A program made the position numbers and the translations under genes. The notes under the pieces are model-generated. The model was not told the origin of the DNA, did not search any database, and worked only from the letters and a program-made list of their open reading frames with translations. A stretch of DNA of 59,162 bases from Perkinsus olseni (taxonomy: Eukaryota), in contig JABANN010000026.1 of the NCBI GenBank assembly GCA_013115125.1, positions 62,001 through 121,162 on the forward strand. Reading direction: 5' to 3'. Shown piece by piece: positions 48,618-59,162 of this stretch. How positions within the stretch are numbered: the first letter of the stretch is position 1; every line of letters begins with the position of its first letter.

Positions 48618-51612
48618 TACTTTTGGGGGAGTTTCGCAGTATGGTTGAGGGGGTACAATGCCAGTGCTTCTACGGATAGCAGACTGCTATGTATCACGAT
48701 GGGGTACGAGTTACAGCTTTCATGGTATGAGTTATAATTTAGCTGAGTAGACCGCGAGTTGCATTCGGTTGACAGTAGCGTAGCGTATCCTAAAAGGAGT
48801 CTCAGTGCTTCGTGAATTACTTCGACTCTTGAATTCCCCTAGCAAGCAATCGTAAATGACTGAAACTATGTGAGATTATTGTGGAGATGGTGAGGAACGA
48901 ACAAGGCAATCTCACTTAAGCGTTCTCGCTTGTTCTGGCACTCGTAGACATGCTGCCCGCTGTTCGATGGAACTGCCTTCCAACTGAATGATCATCCCCC
49001 TGCCAGATTGATTGTGACTTCACAACACAAGAGCTGTCTACAGACAGACTGAGAAAGTATCGGGAAGATGCTCTCTTCCGAGATGATGATACATCTACTA
49101 CTGTTACTCCCTCCAGTATGTGATACACTCCCTCTTGTTGTGTTGTCGTTAATAGCCTGAGCTCTCGGCCGTGTCGGCTGGTCTTCTCATCGTTGAGTTA
49201 GTTTTCTATCATGCAAATTGTTGCGAACTGTAAATGACTGTTGCGCGTGGAGACTGAGGTTTAGCGGGAAGCTCTTCATTGCAGTTTCCGGCCGAAAGCT
49301 CTGCCCAGTGAAAGAGCTTTCAGCAGGTATGTTGCATTTTCTCCTGTGGCCTCTTGGACTCCTCGATGCTTCCACCGGCATGGTATTCTGCGATCTGTCG
49401 GAGGCTAAGCCCGTCTACAATTCCACTGCTTTCGGCATGATGTTAAGGAAGCAGCACTCGGTGGCGCTAAGGTTCATGGAGGAGTATTACGAGAAGTCCT
49501 CATACCCGCCGTAAGAACAATCCTGTGGAATTAGACTGTAACTAGTTGATGGGCTCCAGGGCATGCTCGGATTGCTACAGACGCAACCACAGTGCTGGTT
49601 ATTGCATGCGAAAATTTAGTAGATTTTATTCGGGCAAATAACTCTGTCAGTGGAATGATAACTCTTGAAAAATCGAAAATACTACTTGATACATGTTCAT
49701 TTGAAAATGTCGTTTGTTGCCGGTGGGAAATGAAATTTCCGCGGAAATTGACGTGAAGCGTGTCCCACTACTTCTCATCCAATTCAGCTGTTGAACTTAA
49801 CGTATACTTGTTAGTTCTTGATGCTTTCTTTGAGGGCACATGAAGAGGTGTTCAAAGAATGTGAATGCCGAGCTTCCTTCAAGTTTGCCCGGTCATTTCG
49901 TCGCACTCAGCATGCGAAAATTCAGTTGAGTGCAGAAAACTAGGAAATTTGGCCTCCGGCCTTTTATCCTGGAATTGCTCCGAAACCCAACAAGGATATC
50001 AATCCGCAAGAGAAACTACTCCCGAAGTCCCGAAAACTCAGTTTTTGAGGGATGTTGATTCGCCGTGTCTGCATCTAAGCGGGCAAAGATGGCTGATGAG
50101 AGCTTTCTCTATCGAAGGTGCTATTTGCGCTATCTGAAGGCGAAGGGCTTCTCAGCTGCTCGGTTCGGGCAGGAGGTTGTGTCTTAAAGGACTTGGGGAA
50201 CTGTCAGCCGACGGTGAGGACTCAGGCAGCCGGTCCGAGACCGTCCAGCTCTTGCGAAAGCTCAGGGCAAATTGATCGGCGAGTGATCGGTGCAGCGGAG
50301 CTCCAGAAGCCACGCTCTCGGGTCCTTAATTCGGCGACGGGCATCGCGATTGGCGAGCGGGCACGGAGGGAGGGGATTCAGCTCTGCTTGGAGGTGAATG
50401 CAGAATAGCTGGCGAGTTGCGGGCCGGTGGGAGGCCTTCATAACGTATGAAAAGATGTGGCGGCTGCTGCAGCTGCACCCATCAATGCTGAGCCAGCATC
50501 CGCGAACCGCTAGTACTGTGGTTTGCGCGCGAAGACGGGCGCTGATGTGTCGACTCTATCAACGGACAAACATCCGTCCAAGCTTCACTGCTTGAAGGGA
50601 GTGTCGACCCACGTAGTCCCGAAGTTGCGGTGGACCGGAAAGACTCTTGGTGGCCCACCAATGGTGGGTCCGGTCAGGTCAACGTCTTCAAGATTTCACT
50701 CTGAAATCGGTAAAACACGACGTCGGCCTCAAAGCAATGTTCTCGTCTCCTCCGGAGTGAATCTTCGAGGGCGACAGTGCCAGTGTTCACGTCTTAGCAA
50801 GTGCTCGTCAGTGGAAGGACACCAACTTCCCGTATCGCTTTGTCGTGTTTCACTCAGCCACCAAAGAACAACTAAGAGGTCCGGTTAAAGAAGTGGTTTC
50901 TCCCTCCCAAGTTGGGTGATCCGTGGCCCGTTAAGAGGTTTTGGGCAATTCTCTCGAACAAGGTGACGGAGCCGGCTGCTCGGCCAAAATCACCGAACGA
51001 AGACGATTGGGAAAGCTTGATCGAGGGCGCATGAAACTTAGTTCCGAAGTGGGCACTCACCAACTGGTTCATACGATCCCTGCGAAATCACAGGGATTCG
51101 GAGGTGAAAGGACCGGCCTCGGGCCGACGGCCTGCAACGGCCATCGCGAGGGACCTGGGGCATGCTAATGCTTGCTCTGCTCATCAGAAAACAACGCCAT
51201 TGATGCAGCTTGTGGAGTTCACCAGCAGCTTCGATAGCCGCCTAGGCAGCAGCTTCCTCGATGACGGTGATTAACTCTCTTCAGCCGTTCACCACCAAGA
51301 AGGTGCACTGGATCAGCAATACGGCCAGCTCTGCTAGCAACAAGGCACTGCACAAAAGCTGCGCGGACAAATACCTCCAGTTCGACGTCGACCAGAGACA
51401 CCTTCTTTGAAACCATAGCTTCTGTCACTATGACATGATAACTATGAGTTGCAGTTTATGTCTTTAAGCCTGGTCTTTCAGCTTTGTGCCCTCATAGAAT
51501 TCAATTCTAATGATCAATTTGCTATCAATTTGATAACAAACACTAGCTTGTATATGGTCGCTTCAACATCTAAAGAAGATGAGAAGAAGCGGGGAACCCT
51601 TCAGTATTCAGG

Positions 51613-52385
51613 TATGAAGTTCCGGACTTCGTTCGGATGCACCAGCTACGATGGACAGCGGCGAGCATCGTGTCAAAGATCTTCGACCCGATGAGGGCCG
51701 CTGCCGCCAAGGGAGACGACCCTACTATTGATGTATCTGGTAACGCAACAGCTGGATGGAGCGGTACCTTTCGCAGGGAGATCTTGCTGCAAGGTCCACC
51801 TGCGAAAGGTAACGTTCCGAAAGATCCTTGCAGCAATTCTGACACGTGCTCGGAACTGCCGCGTGCCTTGTGCTCGTCATTTCTCGTGTACATTGTGATT
51901 GTGTCGGCATTCTCGCTTCATAGCAGCGGGTTCATCTCCTCCTATAAATCTAAGGCGACTGCTAGTCCAGATTCTCACGAATGGCGGCGACGCTTTCCAT
52001 CGAGAGTGCTGCGTCGTCTCAGAACTCCTCGGTGATCTGACCAAGAATGGCCTTCCTCCCGACGAGGTTGCTGCGTCGTTGAACGCTCTGTCAACTACTA
52101 CGGAGTCGGAGAAACTATCAGAGGTGCGGGGTGCCACTGCTACGATTTTTGCCTTCAAGCTGCGCACTCGCCAGAATATCTTCGGTCGATTGCCCGTTTT
52201 CTCCGGGCCAGCAGGTGCTCTCGATCCTGCTTGACACAGCGAGTTCCTACGCGAACGGCAACAACTCCGAAATTATATCCACCTTCTTTACCAGCTGGCG
52301 AGAGCTCGATCAAGACGAGCGAGAAGAACGACTGATCGATTATTTTGCTCTAGTTCATGATGCTTCGAACGAGGTGAGGGCATGA
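51613..52385 (+). CDS. Hypothetical helical protein, spliced
   Basis: Coding-like exons (RLLVQILTNGG...; ILLDTASSY...EERLIDYFALVHD) with short introns. Confidence 0.3.
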
Positions 52386-53745
52386 GCTCCTGAATCGTCC
52401 CGTTTTGCGAAGTTTGCGATAGTCCTCTCTACCAGGATGGCCCTCGATCACTCATCGCTCGGTAGCACTGAGAAATTGATACTTCATTTTATAATTTTTT
52501 CATCACTGTGTTTTAGTATTGTGAATGCTGATGGTTGTGTGTGGTTATTTCATTATTTAAGATTAGTATTGATATTAGTATCTCGTTGTTTGCCTCGTGC
52601 TGCAATGATGATCAGGAAGGTGTTGGGATCCCTTTCTAAGGACTTTTATACCGGTTAATACCGTGCGTCCGACACACGTTTTACTCATACTAAGTATCAT
52701 CAAAATGCATTTAGAACTCGTTCAACACCTTTCAAACTTGTAATACTATTATTAGTGAGGACACAAGATTATGTTCATCGCTGAGCTTCTAATGTATAAT
52801 TCATCCATTACCATGGTAATTTGACGAGTATTTCTAGCACAGAAGTTTGTGCTGATCTCCCCAGCCCACCAGTACTCCTTCAGTTACTCATCGGCCCCAG
52901 CGAGTTCCGACAGGCCGCTGGTGTCTGTTCGGCATCTTCAGTAGAATCGTTATCACCGCATCTTGCAGCATGGTCGCAGACCTCAGGGCTGACACGAAGT
53001 GAAAGCTAGTCGCTGACCTCGCTCCCGGTAGTGGTTTCACCATCAGGCGCATCCGTCGTTGAAGAGACAGAGGCGTTGCTACACCGCATCGGACTTCATT
53101 TCGAACGCTCGGGCTTTGGCGTTTCGGTAGCAATGGCCTCTCTGTAGCGTCCACCGCCGTCTGACAGGTTGGACCATCCAGTCAAGGAGTCGATTGTGTA
53201 GCGGACAGCGATGATCCGGGCAGCTTCAATCCGCTGCCTTGTTGGCGTTCAATCTCGAGGAGGAAGGAGTACTCGTACGATGGACGTTCAGGGCTTACTT
53301 CTAGGGTGGGTCGACCGGCAAGCATTAGCCGCTTTCCCGACATATCCACATGTGAAGCGTCCCGTTCGGTCGCTGTTTCCCTCGGAATGTTACGCGCTTG
53401 GTCAAGAGATCGTTAGTAAGCGTCTATGTAGGTCGTCTCGGAGGGAGAGGATCGTTCCCTGTCGGAAGCTAGAGTAGTGAGATTGTTGCTGTGACGCTAC
53501 TGGCACGGCTGTACTGAGTTTTCCAGGCCAAAACCAGCAGCCAGGAAGCGGATGTACTTTACGTGTCACCGGCTATCACCAACTGCCAGGTGGGTATTCT
53601 CTGAAAGCAGTGAGCGTTTTGGTAGAATTGAAGCCCTCTAAGTTGAACGTGAAATACACAACAGTTGGCGTGAAGCTTCCGGCGTGCAACCCTTCCCCGC
53701 AATCCACGATGCTGTAATGCTCTCGCGCAATCTCGCCTTTAGTCC

Positions 53746-56700
53746 ATGGGCGGAGTGTTGCGTGGCGTAGCCGCCGAGGCGGGTGGAAAGAAGCCCAAGG
53801 TCATCCTCGCCACAGTGAACCCTCTAATACCACCACCAGTCGATATCAGACCGCAACCGCCCAGCATCCAACAGGGTGAGGCATGCCGGTGCAGCTGCGC
53901 TGTGACGTCGCCCGTGCTGGTATTTTTTAGTGACGAGTTCGCATCCTTAGATAGTAGAGTTGTAATTACCTGTTATTAGTTCATCAGTGCTCTGTGTGTC
54001 AGGAGCTAACCCGTTTTCAGAAACGTCGGACCCCTCGGTCTTCCTGAACGCCCAATGCTCGGTTTCCGGTCAAGATAGCGTCATGGCATCTCGTGGGTGA
54101 GTCGTCCGGGTCTTGTCAAATTGTCGACGCCATCGTCTAGGTATCGTGCTGGAGCGATCGATGTATCTTCTAGGTACTCTCTCTTGAAGATGCGGGGCGC
54201 CTATGTCTGGTACGTGCGAAAAGATATCTACCAAACCCTTTTCCAGCCGCGTACCAGCCATAAACGCAGTCCGGCTAGCCTCCACGCCGCGTGGCTAGTC
54301 GGATGGTTCTGCAACCCTTCATCGAGGTGAGTCCCTCCTGGCTACAACCATCTGATACCCACTCATTCAGTATGGCTCCAAAGCTCACGTGTTGCGCTTC
54401 AGGTATAGCTACGGCGGGTTGATGCATCAGTCCTGTATACTGGGTCTGGATTCTTATGCCAGCCTTAGTAGTGGCGGCTCCGGGGTCGCTCCCATAAACA
54501 CTGCTTTCTGCGAGTGGGTCTGAATCTGTTGGCTCCGGGATTGCTGTGATGAGCTTTTGTCAGGTACCTCAGTTCTCGCGGGGTTGCGGTGGAAGTGGGC
54601 TGTGAGGGAACGAACCTGCCTGGAGCAGCAGCGGATGAAGACGGGGGACTTGTTGATCGAGTAGGTGGCGTAAGACGCTTTCGGCTAGTCGGCTGACCGG
54701 AGTTCAGGAGGCGCAAGGTGGCCATCTTTTACGTGGCAAGCGTGGGTGGGGTAATGATAAGCATACCCAGTCCTCGGCAGTCGATTCTGTACAAGAGTGC
54801 GCGAGCTACTGCGCTTCCCTGAAAGGCTGCCAGTTTTGGACGTTCGATGATACGGCTATGTGAGACCTCAGGGCTTCTTAGAGTTTTTGCTACGTACATA
54901 TACATCTGAGAGATGATTGTTCTTTTCTCAATAACCAGTCTTGAACCCGAAGCTGACTAACAAATGGTGAACCCTCTCCTCGTGATTCTCGAGTACCATT
55001 GTGGTTCATATTCAAGGTGCAACTAGCAAATACGAGAGCCTCTATCACCTTTGAAGCAGGGCAGTGACTGGCCGGCAGGTACGGCGCACAGATGTGCTGG
55101 GCATGGACAAAGGGGTATCCAGATGAGGTTCGGGACGAGGACAATGGCTGGGCGTCCATGAACTGGACGGACTTCACTGCAAGTGCTCGTTCGGGACGTG
55201 AGAAGGCTTACTCGCCGGATAGTCCTGATCCAAGCCCCTGGGCATACTTCCCAATTAGGGAAATGATAGGGCAGAGGTGAGCTGAGCTGTACGATTGATA
55301 GTCATAGAGAAACGATCGCGAACTTGATAGTTTGAGTAGAGGCCAATCCTCAGTAGTCTCGCGATGGTGCTCCTTGATTCGTATCTGGAAGACCGCTGGT
55401 TCCCTCTGGTTACTTCGATAACTGTGTCGAGGGCCGTGGCTCCCTCATCAACCTGCGTAGGGCGACTACGCCGGAGCAGTGATGGTGAGAATTCATTCAT
55501 CAATTGCCAGATAGTAGGCTCATCTAGCGCTAGTTTCATTCGCTGCGGCAAGGAGCGGTAGCCGGGGTTCTCAGTGCATTGACACCTCCTCTACGCTGGC
55601 AGATATGCCCTCGCATCATCTGGACGAGGACGATGCGTCGACACGACAGGCGAATGTGAATGTTTTCCCCCATACAGAGGGCTGTAGGTACGGGGCCGTC
55701 GTTCCCTGTGTCTTTCCCTCACGCAGTTCTTTCAGATACTGTTCGATAATCGACCGTGGGCTCGGCTTGGACCGGGAGAGGCCCTACCGCGGAGTCCTCC
55801 ACTACCTCACCAGCAACCTCACCTCGGACGTATCGGACCTTAACCACAGTCTACCCATTCTGTGGTCAGTTCTCAAGCGCCATAGCCCGGGCCAGCTGCG
55901 CCTCAGGTACCGATGGAACAGGCGGTATGATTACCCCATAGTTGTGTTCCACGACGGGTTATCAACGGACCAGATGGAGCTGTTGGCGAAGGCTTCAAGC
56001 AACCGGGTTTGGTTCGCTTACGTGGAAGGATACTTGGATTTGCCCAAGTGGATCACAGAAGATACTAAATACAAGGTCTGCGCACAGCGAAGATTCTTGT
56101 CACCATCAGCGACTTCAGGCTATGCTTCCCGAGGTTAAGTGGTCGTTGGGCTACCGAGGAATGTGCAAGTTCCGCTCTGGGCCGATATTTGACCAACCGG
56201 TATTCGGCCGGAGGAAAACGGAGAGGAGCCCGAGTGCTGTTCAGGTCCTTAAAGCTTTCGACTATATGATGACGCTCGATACTGATGGTTACCTGCCGGA
56301 CGATCTGGCCTATGACCCCATACAGCAGATGTAGGCCAGCCGGACTCGGAGTTCACGATGGCGGCGCTGCTAGGTATGAGGGCGATTACGTCTACAGCTA
56401 CTCCCACACTCTGAACGACCAGCCAGCTGCCGTCCAACACTTTTGGGACCACACTCTGGAGTGGGGACTTGCGCCCGCTATGCGCCTATCGTCAGCCTCA
56501 GGTACATGGTACAGCGAGGCATAGAACCACTTGGAACCGAGCTGCTCAGGGAGTTCATAGATCAGGTTGGCGGGCGTTCCATTTTACACTTCGCCATTTA
56601 GTTGACTAAGCAACAGAAAGGCAAAGGTGATGAACTTCCTTCGTTGCAGATATCTTTGGAGTGGACCTATAGGCTTTTCATGAATGACATCGAAGTTATG

Positions 56701-57056
56701 CGTCTAGGATGGTTCAGAAGTGCTCAGTACATGGACTATTACAAGTAGCCTTGCGTCGATCTTCATTTTCGTTTCGCTTCGCGATTCAGTTACTTGGATT
56801 CACAAGGCGGATGGTGGCTGTACCGCTGGGGAGACCATGCTGTGCGGACGATGGCCGTGGCGATGTGGCTCGACAAAAGACAAGTACAGAAAAATCATCT
56901 TTGCTGAAATATGTTCTATCTCAGCTCATGCACATGGACATCCCCTATGGCCATCAATCCTTCTGTCGATGTGCATCACCTGAGCGTATATGTGTACGGA
57001 ACAGTGACATGGGTCTGTATCCACGAGAATGGTTCACATGTGTTTCTCTCGACTGA
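53746..57056 (+). CDS. GT15 (KRE2/KTR-type alpha-1,2-mannosyltransferase) with long N-terminal region (5' end uncertain)
   Basis: WNRRYDYPIVVF, GYRGMCKFRSG, FDYMMTLDTD, YDPIQQM, FRSAQYMDYY, LDSQGGWWLYRWGDHAVRT. Confidence 0.85.
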
Positions 57057-59162
57057 TGAGAGAACTCATCGCGTTTGGGTTTCATGAAGCGGGAGTGTAA
57101 CAAAATTATCAGCACGTTGGTCCATCATATGAGGCGATAGGAAAGAAGTATCGCCGTCACACGCGTCGATTGCGACGATATTATAGAGTGTAAGAAGGCG
57201 TCGAAGACCATCGCAGAACCGGGTGCACGCCCTGCGCGGGCTACTGTAGCCTCACTAGCGCCACTTCAGGATTACCATGTCGCTCGTACTCGAGATACTC
57301 GCTCGCCCAGAGACTGGAAGTCTAGCTGGAAACTTGAGCTCGAAGTTTCTCGCCAATTCGGCCACAGGAGTGCTTCGACGAGAGTAGAATCTGTCAAAGT
57401 CTGCTGTTGTTCAGAACCTCCCTAGCGTGTTTTGTGGCGCACTCGGTGAAGGGCCGATGTTACATGAGATGCGTTCAGGGATTCGAGCTCAACAAATACT
57501 CGAGTTTTCGTATCACCCATCCTCGGGAATTCTCTTCGATTTGTTGATATCCCATGCATCCTCGTGATCGCAACGGCCGTAGTGGCCCCTAGCTGTCGAA
57601 TCGAGTTACTCCACGCTCGTCGAGTTCTCGATATTTGACGTTTTTGCGCTGCCGACAGGGAAATCCGAGTCCTCTAAGTTGCTTCGAAATTGTTGAACGC
57701 ATCAACTTTCCATCGAAAGTCGTTCCACGCGAATTCGACACGGTACTCTCGGACAGTAAGGGGCTTCTGCGAATCGCAGACTGCGATGCTTCTACTTGAG
57801 CACTCGCTGTCACTGTTCGGTGAGAGCGTACACCCACGATCTTGTCATGATTCGCAATATATGCGTAGCGCTATGAACGTGTTTCCCGGATACAGCGCTG
57901 GGGAAACTTTTCTCAGCTTCACCTCTCCATTTGGACGTCATAGAGTTGACAAACTCTACTTGGAATGGACTCTTGAAGAGCCTTTCACCATGTGAAACGG
58001 GCCGGGGACGATTTTGCAGTTCCACAGGCAACCTGCTGAATATCGTCTTACAGTTAGGCGAGCACTCCCAAAGTTTCATCATGAGATTTTCTCTCCTGCG
58101 CCTACTATTGTTCTCATTGGGAATGGCATCTATCGGTCGGAGGAGGGGAAACAAAAGACGTGTCGCAAGTGCCGAATTACCAGCGGGGACATACGAGGGA
58201 GTCAAAAAAGACGGCGTTCACCTAACTGCCGACCTTCCAAATCTCACAGATTTCAAGCTGGTTGTCAAAGACGGGACCGAAGGACAAGAAGCTTATGCGG
58301 CTGCCGAAGTGCAGGGAAAATGGATCTACACGGAGCCGAAAGCATCTCTTGTGTGGTACAAAGATCACACTGTGGAGAAACTGAGGCGGTTTGGGTCTTC
58401 TATAATTCTGAACAACTGGTCGAGTTGTTTTCGTCTAGATCCCCAGTTCACCACTACTGATTTCAGCAATAACCTCTATTCCATGCTGCAGTTGGAAAGA
58501 ACGTCAGGCAGAGAGTTTGCACAGCTAATATTCTGCCTACAAAACTCGAGCGTGATAGTCGGAATCGGGCCGAGGAAGGCCTACAGTAGCCGATGGCTCT
58601 CTTGCAATTACGGCATCGAGCTTGTTGTTCCTTCTCGTGGTAGCTGCCGTCGTTTGGGGCCACAGACGATCTTATCGAACCCGAAGAGATACCGTCCCTC
58701 TGACACGAGTGATGGCGGCGAGCTCCCGAAGCTCCCCAAGAAGGGCGAGGAGGACCCCTGGGACACCCCGAATGTGGACAGTTCGTTGCGGGCTGTCGAC
58801 ACGGAATGGGTCGATAGTTGGCTAGATTCGCACCGGGGCACTGATGACGAGACGGCGGGCCCTTCTCGCGGATCAACAGGGGGCGGCTATGCGCCATCTC
58901 CTTGGGGCGGCGGTCTCGATCTGCTCCCCGATGGAAACGAGAAAGATCCCTACAACAGGCCTCTGTCCTCAGCCACCATTCCCGATGGCTTATATGAGGC
59001 TGCTGATACTCGGGTTGGACATCTCACAAGAGTCACAGTGAAGATCATGACAGAAACTAAGCCCGGAACTCGCTCGGTCGAGTTGATCCTGTGCCGTATC
59101 GCCTATCTAGTCTGTCCCCGATTGTGTCAGTCCGTCGTCTGTGGCACGCAGCTTGCACTACT

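Noticed and set aside
49865-51430. Fragmented ORFs that might be transposase remnants
   Set aside because: Multiple stops and no diagnostic motif; needs BLASTX.
57589-59162. Overlapping short ORFs at the window end
   Set aside because: No recognisable domain or consistent exon chain could be supported.

Overview
Gene-dense eukaryotic DNA with many short (about 45-60 nt) GT-AG introns. The style is consistent with a Perkinsus-like alveolate (inference; no spliced-leader sequence was found). Recognisable genes: two intronless DXO/Rai1-like nuclease paralogs (one with an in-frame TGA), three tandem CTP-dependent lipid-kinase-like membrane proteins, a DnaJ protein, a RING-H2 ligase, PCID2/Thp1, proteasome Rpt6 (with a complete tRNA-Pro inside an intron), Rab18, a SIZ/PIAS-type SUMO ligase, a multicopper oxidase, proteasome beta-7, riboflavin kinase and a GT15 mannosyltransferase. 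An intact 1830-codon gag-PR-RT-RH-IN retroelement with BEL/Pao-like motifs sits at 28.5-34.4 kb, and its two flanks share only 45 bp. Non-coding signals worth following up: a GCGGAGCGAAGC motif recurring mainly in introns, several hAT-type excision footprints with 8-bp geometry (one disrupts a tRNA-Asp relic), orphan tRNA T-arm/B-box fragments in introns, and long single-strand gene runs. Boundaries of spliced genes were read by eye and are approximate.
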